Below, one piece after another: positions 25,639 to 38,607 of a stretch of 64,000 bases of DNA (its first letter is position 1; each line of letters starts with the position of its first letter). Location: assembly GCA_951406725.2 (NCBI GenBank), contig OX597821.1, positions 63,798,001-63,862,000 on the forward strand. Reading direction: 5' to 3'. Made by a program: the position numbers and the translations under genes. A model generated the notes under the pieces. It was not told the DNA's origin. It ran no database searches and saw only the letters and a program-made list of their open reading frames with translations. The DNA is from Octopus vulgaris. Lineage: Eukaryota.

Positions 25639-26623
25639 TCTGCTACGTACCAACATCTACACTACGCTACTTTTATGATATGTAACTATACATGTTCATG
25701 CTTGTTCGTATTGGTTTGAAACACTTTAGCTGGAAACTAGTTACTTTTTTTCTCATTTTTTTTCCTTTTTTTCAGTATTACACCATCCATTCCTATTCTA
25801 CGTCATGTAATGATCTAACCATTACAATTTTCCAGTGTGTTTTCTTCAGTCGGCAAGAGGTTTATCATAATGATAAATTTCTGTTCATCCAGGTGCACCA
25901 AGAAATATTATTTCACCTATGTTGTGTCGAATGTGGTTAACAATTATGTCGAAAACGCTTCTTTGAAGCTTAAATACCATAGTATCTTAATCGCTACACC
26001 TGCTAGATGTAACGCCCATAGTCCCCCCTGTCACACTCACCCGTCGTCTCCATCTTTGTTGCGTTTTTTTTTTTTTAATATTTTAGATAATATAATTTCT
26101 AGATGCACAGTGTCTGATAAAAGACAGATTTATCACAGCAAGAATTCCTTTGATCACTGGTCTGCTCGATTATAAACGCCCGAGAGGTGGAGACCCCATA
26201 CATCAACAACTATAACAAATAAAACAATAATGATGAGGACAATGAGTGTATATGCTCTAGATTATTATTATTTTTTTTTTTAATGATAAATTAAAAATAA
26301 AAAGTATACACTTTCATTACAGTAAATTCTTTTTTCTCCAATTGATATTACTAAACATCTAACTTCTGCAAAACTTCACTCAAAAGTTTTTCCGCTATTT
26401 CTTATCGCTGTATATAACGTATACGAACGCAGATGGGAAAGTTGCCTGGTGCTGAAGACGAAACAAAGTGATCGAAAACTCTTATTCAAGTAATATCGAT
26501 CACCAGACAACTTAGCAGTAAATAACAGACCCTTCCTATCTCTGAGGTGTTATTTTGGTTGTGTTGTTTGTCGTGGCTGTTATTGCTGCTGCTGCTGATG
26601 CAGTTGTTGTTATTGTTATTGTT

Positions 26624-27495
26624 TCCTAAAACCCCACAGCTTATTTTGCTCGGTATGATGGAAAGTATCATCTGTCCACAGTCAGCAGACTAAGATGACA
26701 CGCGTTTACTGGTCATGCTTCAAGAACCCTGAGAAAAACTCTTGCAGTTCCAAGCAATACGGATTTTTGTAGGTGTTCCACCTTTATACTTCTACAAATC
26801 TTTTTGAGCCATGTTGGCAGTTGAGTGCCGATACTTCCAAGTGTACCAAGTACCAAGTACAATTGGTACTACATCAACTCTCCTCATTGATTATAATCTT
26901 CGTATTTCCCACTTCAAATCATCATAGTTGCACAGTTTGTCTTCTTTCTTTGATCCTATTGTTACCGGGACATGCTATATCGATTATCAACCATGTTCTC
27001 TCTTTTTTTATTCCACCGGTTTCTGATGTCTGGTCAGATGTTCGGTCTGAATCCCACAGGATTTTTGCATCCCACAGGATTTTTCATTCTCAGTGATCCA
27101 TTCTGGAGTTTGTTCATACCATGTCCTTGCTCTTTGTAAGCCATGATTTCCACAGAGTTCTCAATGGATCATTCTTGTCACATTATCATGTCGTCTTATG
27201 TATTTGCGTTGTGCCAACTTTGGACATTCGCTAAAAGTCTTCCATACCGTTCCACCCCTCTCCCCACATATTCTGCATATGTCGCTGTCAATGGTGTTGT
27301 CGATTCTGCACTTCACATAGTTCTTAGCACTTGTTCTTGAGCTGCTCATATAAGTGCATCTCTCTCTGTCTTCAGGTCGCTCCTCCTCATCCATAGTCAC
27401 CGGTCTGTTTTTGCTTTCGTATCTCTTGCAAACTGACTGTACATTTTTTCCCTGCCATGTTGTTTCCTTTTAGTGTTCTTTCCTTTTTTAAGCGT
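26624..27495 (-). mobile_element. Decayed R4/Dong-type 3' fragment (zinc knuckle + RLE)
   Basis: CRICGE..ETV....SECPKLAQ..YIRRHDNV; PD..IID; QKSVLLGTARV; 3' end followed by (AAT/AAC)n. Confidence 0.8.
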
Positions 27496-27538
27496 TACTA
27501 TTATTATTATTGTTGTTGTTGTGGTTGTTGTTGTTGTT

Positions 27539-28100
27539 GAGTGAGAGAGCAGTGCATCCAATCAAAGTTACACTGGGGTAAAATATACGAAGCCCAGTAT
27601 ACACACCATGAGTACTCGTCTGATAAGGGTACACGAGGGACATGCATCACAACCATATGTGCGCAACATAGTGATCTCTTAAGAAGACAAGCAGCGTATG
27701 ACCTTACAGGTGTGAGTCAGTTAAAATTTTCTTCAGTTCGAGTAGCCCATCCCGCTCCAAAGGTCCTTGAATAGGGGTTGTTGACGGACGATGAACGAAA
27801 CACCCATGTTTCCAAAGGTGAACTATCCAAACCCCAAACAATTCCTCACAATACATGGTTATGCTGCTCTACCACCAATTTTGTTGGTGATCAAATGATC
27901 AAAGATGCACATTTTGTCAGCCACTAAGGGACATGCTCAACTGGTTCATGTCAAACAACTGATAAGCAAATCTGTGGTATTAAGCAGAATATTTGCTGTA
28001 GCCCATCTTTTATACCAAGACAAAACAATGTACATGATAACACTTTCAATCAATTAAGATCAAAAGCCATGAGAACCACTGCCTGGCACCTCATCAGGGC

Positions 28101-28101
<1 letters not shown>
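27539..28101 (-). mobile_element. Non-coding ~560-bp element inserted in (TAA)n, full length
   Basis: Four copies (27539-28101, 28147-28319, 30262-30798, 57522-57934); intact ends abut (AAT)n or (AAC)n. Confidence 0.85.
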
Positions 28102-28146
<45 letters not shown>

Positions 28147-28319
28147 GAGTGAGAGAGCAGTTCATGCCATCAAAGTGACACTGGGGTAAAATATACGAAG
28201 CCCAGTATACCCATCATGACTACCCGTCTGATAAAGGTACACCAGGCACATGCATCACAACCATATGTGCGCGACATGGTGATCTCATATCAAGATAAAC
28301 AGCACATGACCTTGCAGGT
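28147..28319 (-). mobile_element. 3' part of the 560-bp (TAA)n element, joined to a SINE B tail (28317-28380)
   Basis: Homologous to 27539-27712; ggt overlap at the junction. Confidence 0.8.
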
Positions 28320-29175
28320 CGATCTAATCAACTGGCCCCCTCCCCCAAAATTTCGGGCCTTGTACCTAGAGTAGAAAAGAAAAGCCTTCAAGAAGAAACT
28401 ATGTAAAACACAGAACTGGTTTGAAAGTAAGCTGACGATTATCACTGAAGTAAAATGTGCTTCACTACTCAACGCCACACGATATACCAGCCAGGTAATC
28501 CTTAAACGCTAACGACAGCAGAAATTAAGGCTCATGGACCCGGCAGATGCCTTGCAAGTGACAGTTAGCTACAAATCTGTAAATGCAATCAGTCATTAGC
28601 TGGTCAGGTATCATCCTTGAATTGCGTGGTGGGGTGAAAAGAAAATCTATCCAACCCAAATTTTCGTTTCATCACTGAAAGTTGAGTTAGTTGTTCTATG
28701 ATGCGCCGTTTTGACACTACCAAATCCGCGCGAAACCCATTTGTCATCGGTTATTTGGGCACCAAGAAAATGTTGTATTTATTACTTAGGTAGCAATTAA
28801 TTCCTACTACTCAACCAACAAACCATTGTTTATATTTGTACTTAGGCGTCACTTTTGTTTACGACGTCTGATGAACCAATCTCGATAAAGGGGAAAAGAT
28901 GATAGTGGTAATAAAAGTTTTAGCACTGTCAGCACCATCAACAACAACGACAAAATATGTAGCCAGAAACGATGTAAAAACAATGTAAAGAATCGATGTA
29001 AAGCGAGGTACCATAGAAAATTTTGAGGGTTTCAAAAAGTTAAAAGACGGTATTGGTAATATTTCAGGGATAGACCACCGTCATTTATTATTTGCGTTTA
29101 GCGTGAAATGACCCACCATATGGAAGTTAACAGTTGGCTACATAAAATACAACAGTTAAGATTTGAGTTCTTGTT

Positions 29176-29415
29176 CTTCCCCTCCTACTTTTCCTTCTTC
29201 TTCTTCCTCTCTTTCTTTTCCTTCTCCTCTTCCGCCTCCTTCTCTCCTTCTTCTTCTTCTTCTTCTTCTTCTTCTTCTTCTTCTTCTTCTTCTTCTTCTT
29301 CTTCTTCTTCTTCTTCTTCTTCTTCTACTTCTTCTTCTTCCTCTTCTTCTTCTTCTTCTTTTTCTTTTTCTTCTGTTTGTCCTGCACCTACCCTTCCTCT
29401 TCCTCGTCCTCCTCC
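29176..29415. repeat. (TTC)n tract
   Basis: Direct inspection; (GAA)n also at 51898-51993. Confidence 0.95.
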
Positions 29416-29416
29416 T

Positions 29417-29609
29417 TCATGACTGCGGCCATGCTGGGACAATGCATTGAACAATTTTAGTCGGACGAATCGACCCCCCAATAATCATTTTCTGAAAGCC
29501 TGGTACTTATTCTATCAGTCAATCTTTAGTCGAACCTCGAAGTTACGGGGACGTAAACACACTAACGCCGGTTGCCAAGCAGTGGAGGAGGACAAACATA
29601 AACACAAAG

Positions 29610-29647
<38 letters not shown>

Positions 29648-29805
29648 ACGCACTCTCACACACATATACACACGCATATATACATATATATGACGGGCTT
29701 CTTTCAGTTTTTATCAACCAAATCCACTCACAAAGCGCTTTGGTCGGCTCGAGGCTACCATGGAAGAGCCTAAGACATGATGCACCGCGATGGGAATGAA
29801 CCCCA
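29417..29805 (-). mobile_element. SINE family A
   Basis: Reverse-complement colinearity. Confidence 0.8.
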
Positions 29806-29887
29806 AGAGTTTTCTTTCTTTTTAATGTTAAAGAGAGGCTGCAAGAAAGTATATGAAAATGGATGTAGTCAAAAACCTGAAGAATCT

Positions 29888-30082
29888 TACAGTTCTATAT
29901 TTAAGAGATGAGGAATTATGTACATTATTTACATTTGAAGGATATTTGTCCTCATCTTGCTTGTTGTTAACACAACGTTTAGGCTGATATACCCTCCAGC
30001 CTCTATCAGGTGTCATGGGGAAATTTCGAACCTGGGTTCTCATACTTAAGGTATTTTTCGATGTTATTATTATTAATATTAA

Positions 30083-30147
<65 letters not shown>

Positions 30148-30177
30148 TCACTGCCTGGAATCGAACTCGGAATCTTG
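29888..30177 (-). mobile_element. tRNA-like head fragment + (TAA)n + hammerhead-bearing tail (left arm)
   Basis: B-box gagttcgattcc; tail homologous to 33328-33478; mutated HHR at 29969-30014. Confidence 0.75.
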
Positions 30178-30225
30178 AGAGCGCGGGCTACTAACCCCAA
30201 GATTCCGAGTTCGATTCCAGGCATC

Positions 30226-30261
<36 letters not shown>

Positions 30262-30798
30262 GGCAGTGGCTCTCATGGCTTCTGATCTTAACTGATTGGA
30301 AGTGTTATCATGTACATTGTTTTGTCTTGGTATAAAAGATGGGCTACAGCAAATATTCTGCTCAATACCACAGATTTGCTTGCCAGTTGTTTGATCTTAA
30401 CCAGTTGAGCATGTCCCTTAGTGGCTGTCGATATGTGCATTTCTGATCACGAGCAGAAGTAGTGGGGGAGCATCATAGCCATGTGTTGAGAGGGATTCTT
30501 TGGGGTTTGAATAATTCACCTCTGGAAACATGGGTGGTTATTTCAGCATCCTTAAACAACCCTTATTCAGGGACCTTTTGAGCGGGATGGGGTACTCAAC
30601 CTGAAGAAATTTCTAACTGGGTCCCACCTGCAAGGTCATGTGCTGTTTATCTTGATATGAGATCACCATGTCGCGCACGTATGGTTGTGATGCATGTGCC
30701 TGGTGTACCCTTATCAGACGGGTAGTCATGATGGGTATATTGGGCTTCGTATATTTTACCCCAGTGTCACTTTGATTGCATGAACTGCTCTCTCACTC
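30262..30798 (+). mobile_element. 560-bp (TAA)n-targeting element, slightly 5'-truncated
   Basis: Reverse complement of 27539-28085; (AAT)n on both sides. Confidence 0.85.
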
Positions 30799-31136
30799 AA
30801 TAATAATAATAATAATAAGTGATAGGCAAAGTGAAATACTCCCTGAACCAATCATAAACACTAGGACAGATGAACATCAAATAGATAAAGAAAGTCACAT
30901 AAATATTGACCCAACAGAACTACATGAGCTAAAATATCAAATCATGATTGAATGGCTGAAAATTAAAGAAATCAGCATGGATGAACGTGATACACTCCCT
31001 GAAATCCGCAACTCTAACCAAAACATGAAAATAATTGGTAAAATCCGGCTTGCACTTAAGGATATAATTTCAGCTAATGATGTTGATATCACAAATCTCA
31101 ACCACCTATACTATGCATCCGCGAAAATCTTAGAAG

Positions 31137-32144
31137 ATGATCTTAGAAGACTGTCACAAACGACACAAAAACTTATCAATAGCCTGGATAGACTATAAAA
31201 AGGCTTTTGATAGCCTACCACATAGCTGGATTAGGAAATGCCTGGAAATGTATAAGATAGCACCTACTCTACGAAACTTTTTGACTGTAAGTATGAGATC
31301 ATGGAGAACCACACTAACTCTGAACAGTGACAATGAATCCCTAAATGCTGGTGATGTAAAAATTTCGGGTGGAATTTTCCAGGGTGACTCACTGTCACCA
31401 CTCCTCTTTTGTTTAGCCTTAATACCTCTCTCAAAACTGCTCAATGATGCGCAGCACGGGTATAAAATGTTTGATAAAAATATAAATCATCTCATTTACA
31501 TGGATGATTTAAAGCTCTTTGCAAAGAATGACCAACAACTCAAGGGCTTACTAGCGATAGTCAAACAATTCAGTGACGACATCAGAATGCAATTCGGCCT
31601 CGATAAATGTGCAAAAGCTACCTTTATCAAAGGAAAAATGACAGAAACATCTAACGTTAACCTTGACCAGCAGAATGTCATAAAAGAACTAGACCCAGCG
31701 GAGAGCTACAAGTACCTAGGGGTAATTGAAGGGAAAGGAATAAGACATTCAGAGATGAAGGAAAGGATCAGGAGAGAATGCTATCGAAGAGTGAGAGCAA
31801 TACTCAAGACAGAGCTGAATGCAAGAAACAGGATCGAAGCGATCAATGCATTAGCCATACCAGTCGTGACTTACAGTTTCAATGTCGTTAACTGGTCAAT
31901 TACTGAAATATGTCAGCTCGACAGAAAAATAAGAAAACTGTTGACAATGCATAGAATGCACCACCCTAAGGCAGATACAGAACGACTTTATCTGCAAAGA
32001 AAAGAGGGAGGCCGTGGTCTTTTGCAACTGGCAATAACAATGAAGATTGCTACAATTGGCCTAGACACCTACCTGAAAAAGTCTGAGGATTGGATGTTAA
32101 AACTTGTCTCAAAACATGAAAAAAGAAAGCTTCATACTCAGTAA
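31137..32144 (+). pseudogene. Dong RT ORF segment
   Basis: ORF track 335 aa with RT motifs. Confidence 0.9.
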
Positions 32145-32242
32145 CAAAACAGGCAAAGGAATATCTAAGTGAATTCCGAATACAACCAATTTCGGAATTA
32201 GAGATAGACATACAAGAAACAAGCACAGAAAAAGCTAGGCAC

Positions 32243-33055
32243 ATGAAAACCCGTGCCAAAACTGCGGCCTTAGATATTCTGAATAATAAATGGCAAGAAA
32301 AACCTCTCTATGGCAAATACCCAAAGAGAGCGAATAATGCAGATATTGACAAAGCCCTGACCCATCAATGGCTAATGGCCTCTGGCTTAAAATCTGAAAC
32401 AGAGGGGTTTATCATAGCAGCTCAAGATCAATGCCTACCAGCAAGAAACTACCAGGTCAACATATTAAAGAACGGCAGTAGCCCAACATGTCGTGTATGC
32501 CGACAACAAAATGAAACCATTGATCATGTTGTCTCCAAATGCAGTCTTCTAGCGCCTACAGAGTACCTCAACAGGCATGATAGAGCTGCACAATATATTC
32601 ACTGGGTAATTTGCAAAAACCTGGATTTGCCCCATGAAAAAAACTGGTGGGAACACAATCCACCTCCAGTGCTTGAAAATGACCACATCTCACTCCTCTG
32701 GAACTTCACCATTCAAACCGACAGAAAAATAGATGCAAATAGGCCAGACATCATAGTGAAAGACTTCAGACAAAGAACATGCCTCCTCATTGATATGACT
32801 GTCCCAATCGATATAAACGTATCTGTCAAGACCTACCAAAAACTGAGCAAATATAAAGATCTTGAAATAGAAATCAGCAAAATGTGGAAGCTGAAGACTA
32901 AAACAATACCTGTTGTCATAGGTGCCCTGGGAATGATAGCGAAAGGGACTGATTGCTACCTAACTCAGATACCAGGAAACCCCAAAATGGCAGAAATTCA
33001 AAAGATAGTGCTCATGGGAACTGCTCATATCCTACGCAAAATACTCTCTATGTAA
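32243..33055 (+). pseudogene. Dong zinc-knuckle + restriction-like endonuclease ORF segment
   Basis: ORF track 270 aa with CCHC and PD-(D/E)xK motifs. Confidence 0.9.
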
Positions 33056-33235
33056 TCCCAAGGTTTAAAACAAAGAGTTTTTTATGTATTAGACATTCAC
33101 TAGTACAACACAAAAAAACCCCAAATATATGGCACACTAGGCATAACAACAACGTGAACTTCCAACATGTTGTCTCTTGGGGTCTCTGGGTGAGACTTGG
33201 AGCCAACTTGTACAGACATAAAGCAAAGGTCAAAC

Positions 33236-33308
<73 letters not shown>

Positions 33309-33377
33309 CATAATGATAATAATAATAACATCATAGAATTCCTTAGGAATGAGAACCCAGGTTTGAAATTTCCCCAT

Positions 33378-33424
33378 GACACCTGATGAAGGCTGGAGTG
33401 TATATCAGCCGAAACATTTGTGTT
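33378..33424 (+). ncRNA. Minimal type I hammerhead motif (Penelope-type) in the right-arm tail (33328-33478)
   Basis: GACAC-CUGAUGA-A-GGCUG[10 nt]CAGCC-GAAAC-AUUU-GUGUU; the left-arm copy preserves the palindromic ACGU stem III (AAAC-GUU-GUGUU). Confidence 0.65.
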
Positions 33425-34792
33425 AACAACAAACTAAATGAGGACAAATATCCGTCAATTGTAAATAATGTAAATAATATAGCTGAAGAATATGTCTGTA
33501 ATTACCAAATAAAAAGATGACTTTCGTTATATCAGTAAATATAAGCTTTTATTTTACTATCAATCAAAATTTGTCATAGTATACTTATATCAAGTAACGA
33601 GAGATGGCTGTGTATTTTAAAATTGTTTATCATTTGTAATATTTAACTTTTCTTGCTCTATTTCTGTTGAATAGAAATGCCGGAGGATGTATGTGTGTAT
33701 GTGTGCGTGAGAGAGAGAGTGTGTGTGTGTGTATGTGTGTATGTGTATGTGTGTTGTAAGTCTTTGTGTTTGTGTGTTTCCATCTGTGTTTGTGTATCAG
33801 TCAGAGCAATTTTAGTACGCCCGACTGTTTCTAATTCTCTCTCTTTACTTGCTCTCTCTCCCTTATTATACATTTTTTTGTGTGTGTGTGTGTGTGTGTC
33901 TGTGAGTATGCCTCTGTGGTGTGTCAGAGTGAGAGAGACAGTGGCCTCTGTCTGTGTGTGTAAGAGAGAGAGAGAGAGAGAGTTACCTCTCTGCGTGTGC
34001 ATCTGTGTGTGTGTATGCGTGTGTCAGCCATCAACATCAGATAATACGTCACATAAAGTCCGTCACCATAGAAGTAGCCGTACCAAAGCAATCGCGTCAA
34101 ATGACCGCCATCGACATGGTAGCCAATCACCCATTACCCCGAAAAAGCATAACTGGCAAGAATATAAACCACACACACCATAACAGGCTAGATGAAGAGA
34201 GGCAAAGCAGAAAAACAATTACAGAGATTTCTATACCAGTGAAAGCATCGACTCGGACAGCAAACAAGACGGACAGGACTGCTTGTCTGTCATACAAGGA
34301 TGGGGCCTGATTGCTGATTGCTAATCAACTGAATGAAGTCAATAACAAGATTGAATGGCATACCAATAGAGGCCATAAGCAGAGATGCGGTAGCTAGATC
34401 TTCAGTTTTCATGTGAGCATCTACAGAAACAGCAGAGACTGTTCTTGGAGCGAGACCTAGTTCAGAACGACCACATGCAGGGTCGTCTGCAAACGCACAT
34501 GCTGCAGCTGAGTCTTTCACCTTTGTGTGATCGTCTGTAGACACAACAGAGATGTGCGTGTTTTCGGCTGCCACTGTACAACCAGGTACTCTCTTACACA
34601 TACATACAAATGTTGAAAAATGTTCGGCTTTAAGGGTGTCGAGAAAGACCTGGTTAGAGGCCCAACTTTCTGAATCCTTTAACCAGGCTTAGTAAAACTG
34701 AAGGACCGCATCCCGTCCAGAGCAGGGAAAAGTATAACGTTTCATAACCCTGGAAACCGGCCTATGAGCTTATGCCTACGAGACGAGCACAG

Positions 34793-35003
34793 CCTTTAGT
34801 CGAAGAAATCGAACCTAGGACTTATTATTTGTAAGCCTTGTACTTATTCTATCGGTTTCTTTAGCCGAGCTGCTATGTTACGGGGACGTAAACACACCAG
34901 CATCGTTGTCAAGCGATGTTGGGTGACAAACACACACGCACAAACATACACACACACACACACACACATATATGTATATGTATGTATATATATATATACA
35001 CAC

Positions 35004-35035
<32 letters not shown>

Positions 35036-35247
35036 GTATATATATATACGACGGGCTTCTTTCAGTTTCCGTCTACCAGATCCACTGACAAAGATTTGGT
35101 GGCCCGAGGATACGGTAGAAAACACTTGCCCAAAATGCCACGCAGTGGGACTGAACCCGGAACCATATGGTTGGTAAGCAAGCTGCTTACCACTCAGCCA
35201 AATATATGTGTATATATATATATAAATATATATGAAATAAGCTTATA

Positions 35248-35293
<46 letters not shown>

Positions 35294-35450
35294 ACAAGCT
35301 TCTCTTCAGTGTTTGCCTTCCAGATATACTCACAAGGTTCTGGTCGGCCCGAGGCTTATAGTAGAAGAGACTTGGCCTAGTTGTCACGCAGTGGGACTGA
35401 ACCCGGAACCATGTAGTTGGGAAACAAACTTCTTACCACAAAGCCACGCC
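34793..35450 (-). mobile_element. SINE family A (34793-35200) plus an extra head (35290-35450)
   Basis: Reverse-complement colinearity. Confidence 0.85.
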
Positions 35451-35478
35451 TGTCCATATATACATACATATATATATA

Positions 35479-35551
<73 letters not shown>

Positions 35552-35566
35552 CATATGTATATATAA

Positions 35567-35610
<44 letters not shown>

Positions 35611-35611
35611 C

Positions 35612-36345
35612 AGAAACATGATATATATGTATGCATATGTATATATATGTATATAGATAGATAGATAGATAAACTAATATAAAAAGTTATTGGGAGAGAA
35701 TAAAAGAGAGACAAGGGTCAGAGAAGGAGGCAAGCTAACATAAATAGACAGAAATAGAGAAACTTATTGTAAATTAATTTTTTTTTATATTTACTGTTAT
35801 TATTTGTTTTCTACTTTTACTTGTTTTCTGGTTCTTTTGTTTGTTCGCTTGGTTTTGTTTTTGTTTTGTTTTTTTTTCATGTATATTTTCTTATACTGCG
35901 AGTGCAGTGCATAACTGTCGTCGGTCGAATTGTTTGGTGTTTTTCTAATATTTTCATACCCCCAGAGAATGTTTATTTATTTTTCAAGTTTCTTTTTATG
36001 TTTTACTTCTTGAGACCATCCGAGACCGCTTAGATCGATACATTTTATTACAGTTTATGTTCAGCTTGTAAATCTATAAATCGATATAAATATATAGAAA
36101 GAAAAATAGAAAAAAATGTGTGGAGGAGGGTGCAATACCATGAGATTGACTTTCGGAGAGAAAATATTGGAAGTTGTGTTTAGTACTGGAATTGGGAAGA
36201 CATATATTTTATGAGTAACAACAACAGGAGAAGTGAGAGTTATGGCGAGTGGATTTTAGCGAGTTACGATATGCAAATTATAAGCTTCGGGGCGTTGATA
36301 AATTTCTCATGGCGCAAGATAATGCAAAGTGAAGAGAAACATGAA

Positions 36346-36376
<31 letters not shown>

Positions 36377-37052
36377 GATAGATAGATAAACTAATATAGA
36401 AAGTTATTGGGAGAGAATAAAAGAGAGAGGGAGAGAAGGAGGCAAGCCAACATAAATAGACAGAAATAGAGAAACTTACTTGTAAATTAATTTTTTTTTT
36501 TATTTACTGTTATTATTTGTTTTCTACTTTTACTTGTTTTCTGGTTCTTTTGTTTGTTTGCTTGGTTTTGTTTTGTTTTTGTTTTTTTTTTCATGTATAT
36601 TTTCTTATACTGCGAGTGCAGTGCATAACTGTCGTCGGTCGAATTGTTTGGTGTTTTTTCTAATATTTTCATACCCCCAGAGAATGTTTATTTATTTTTC
36701 AAGTTTCTTTTTATGTTTTACTTCTTGAGACCATCCGAGACCGCTTAGATCGATACATTTTATTACAGTTTATGTTCAGCTTGTAAATCTATAAATCGAT
36801 ATAAATATATAGAAAGAAAAATAGAAAAAAATGTGTGGAGGAGGGTGCAATACCATGAGATTGACTTTCGGAGAGAAAATATTGGAAGTTGTGTTTAGTA
36901 CTGGAATTGGGAAGACATATATTTTATGAGTAACAACAACAGGAGAAGTGAGAGTTATGGCGAGTGGATTTTAGCGAGTTACGATATGCAAATTATAAGC
37001 TTCGGGGCGTTGATAAATTTCTCATGGCGCAAGATAATGCAAAGTGAAGAGA
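35612..37052 (+). repeat. Tandem duplication, ~720-bp unit (35612-36334 / 36335-37052), near-identical
   Basis: Direct comparison; aga microhomology at the junction. Confidence 0.95.
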
Positions 37053-37295
37053 CAGTTCGTCTGTGCGTTGGTGATAAAATGTTTCGTTGATTATTTACCA
37101 GTCACACGCATGGCTTGTATAATTAGTATCTGCAACATCGCACCTTCCCAGATGTGATGCCGATATTCCATCCTTGGTCAGGATATGAAATTTTTTTTGT
37201 GGCCCTGAACGTGTATTTCACTATATATGCAAATACTGTTCGATCTTATGCATATAAATACACACATGTGTGTATGTGTATGTACATATATGATG

Positions 37296-37351
<56 letters not shown>

Positions 37352-37372
37352 CTTCTGCAGTTTCTATTTCTA

Positions 37373-38607
37373 TTAGGTCGTGAAATATGAAATTTGTAGA
37401 AAAGAAAAAGTTTGCTAATGTTTCATAAATAGAAGGAATAGTTCTATTCATCAAATTATGCACCCATATTGTCAATACACTTTTGTCATTTCAACGGTAG
37501 CTTGTCCAATCCGGAACTGTAAAAGCCTGGCAATCTAGAAACAAAACATATCTTGGAAGGCCTGTTTTACAGCATCATGCTAATTAAATTGTTTTCCTAT
37601 CAAAATCTTCAGTGGGGCCAAGATCAGGTGAGTATGGTGGATGATGGAGAACCTCCAAATCCTGTAGTTTCGCCAATGTCACTTTTGCGAGGTGTGGTCT
37701 GGTGTTGTTTTGCAATGAAATAGGAGTGGCTCTGTTGACTAATCTAGGCTGTTTTTTTTTGTATTTTTTTTGTAAGAGACTGCATCATTTGGCTGAAGTG
37801 TACTTCGGCCGTGATTGATGAGCCAGGTTTAATCAAATCATAATGGATTACACCTGCCCCAGACCACCAACACACACCATCAGCTTCTTTTGATGTATTT
37901 TGTTTTTTGAACTGTTTTGGTGGCTCGTCTTTGTGCAACCATTGTGCTGAACGTTTACGGTTGATGTATTGGATTCATTTCTCATCACATGTTACAATTC
38001 TATTCGAAAATGATTCATTTTTGTGATGAGAAAGTAGCATAATGCAGGCTTCTAAACGTTGCTATTTCTGATTTTCATTCAATTCATGTGCACCCACTTA
38101 TCCAACTTTTTCACTTTGCCGATTCGAACTAGTGGAGTCATTATTGTTTTCTTGCTAACATCAAACAACAACGATAATTCACAGGCACTTTGAGATGGAT
38201 CTGATTCGACGGTGGCTTTCAGTTCGTCATTATTCACCTTTGTTTCTGGTCGACCGTGTAGCTCATTTGTGAGATCAATGTTACCAGAACAACATTTTGC
38301 AAACCAATTTGATACTGTCTGCTTTGTAATAACATTAGAATGAAATACTCCATAAATATTTCGAGCTGTCTGCTATGCGGTATTTCCAAGAAAGAACTCA
38401 TATTTCAAAACTGTACGAATTTCCGACTTATCCATCTCTAAACAAAAATAGGAAAAATTGACTTATAAATATTTATAAAGCGCAAAATGCGGTAGAATAA
38501 AGAAATAGATGTGTCAGCTTCCTAGCAAAAAATAAAGATATTCAAAATATAACAATGGCGCAAAATTACCATATACCTTACTACAAATTTCATACTTGAC
38601 GAACTAA
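37373..38607 (-). mobile_element. Complete but inactive mariner (Tc1/mariner) transposon
   Basis: 27-bp TIRs ttaggtcgtgaaatatgaaatttgtag / ctacaaatttcatacttgacgaactaa, TA TSD; broken transposase with KWV.HEL, IVTCDEK*I, QNNTRPH, HPPYSPDLGP. Confidence 0.9.

Larger units (their letters stand above)
30819..33238 (+). mobile_element. R4/Dong-clade RLE non-LTR retrotransposon, 5'-truncated with an internal deletion and one frameshift (~32120)
   Basis: RT: IDYKKAFDS, GIFQGDSLSPLLF, YMDD (31497-31508), YKYLG; CCHC CRVC..HVVSKC; RLE RPDII..IDMTVP..K..KY; both ends in (TAA)n, the known Dong target. Confidence 0.95.

Noticed and set aside
26447-26503. CTGAAGA...GAAA as a hammerhead (similar case at 28868)
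   Set aside because: No consistent stem I/III pairing
28081-28101. CTGATGAG at the 5' end of the 560-bp element as a hammerhead core
   Set aside because: No downstream GAAA, and the other copy reads CTGATGCA
30178-30223. tRNA gene (likewise the SINE heads at 9256, 12247, 20808)
   Set aside because: Partial, mispaired arms and no acceptor stem; these are tRNA-derived SINE heads
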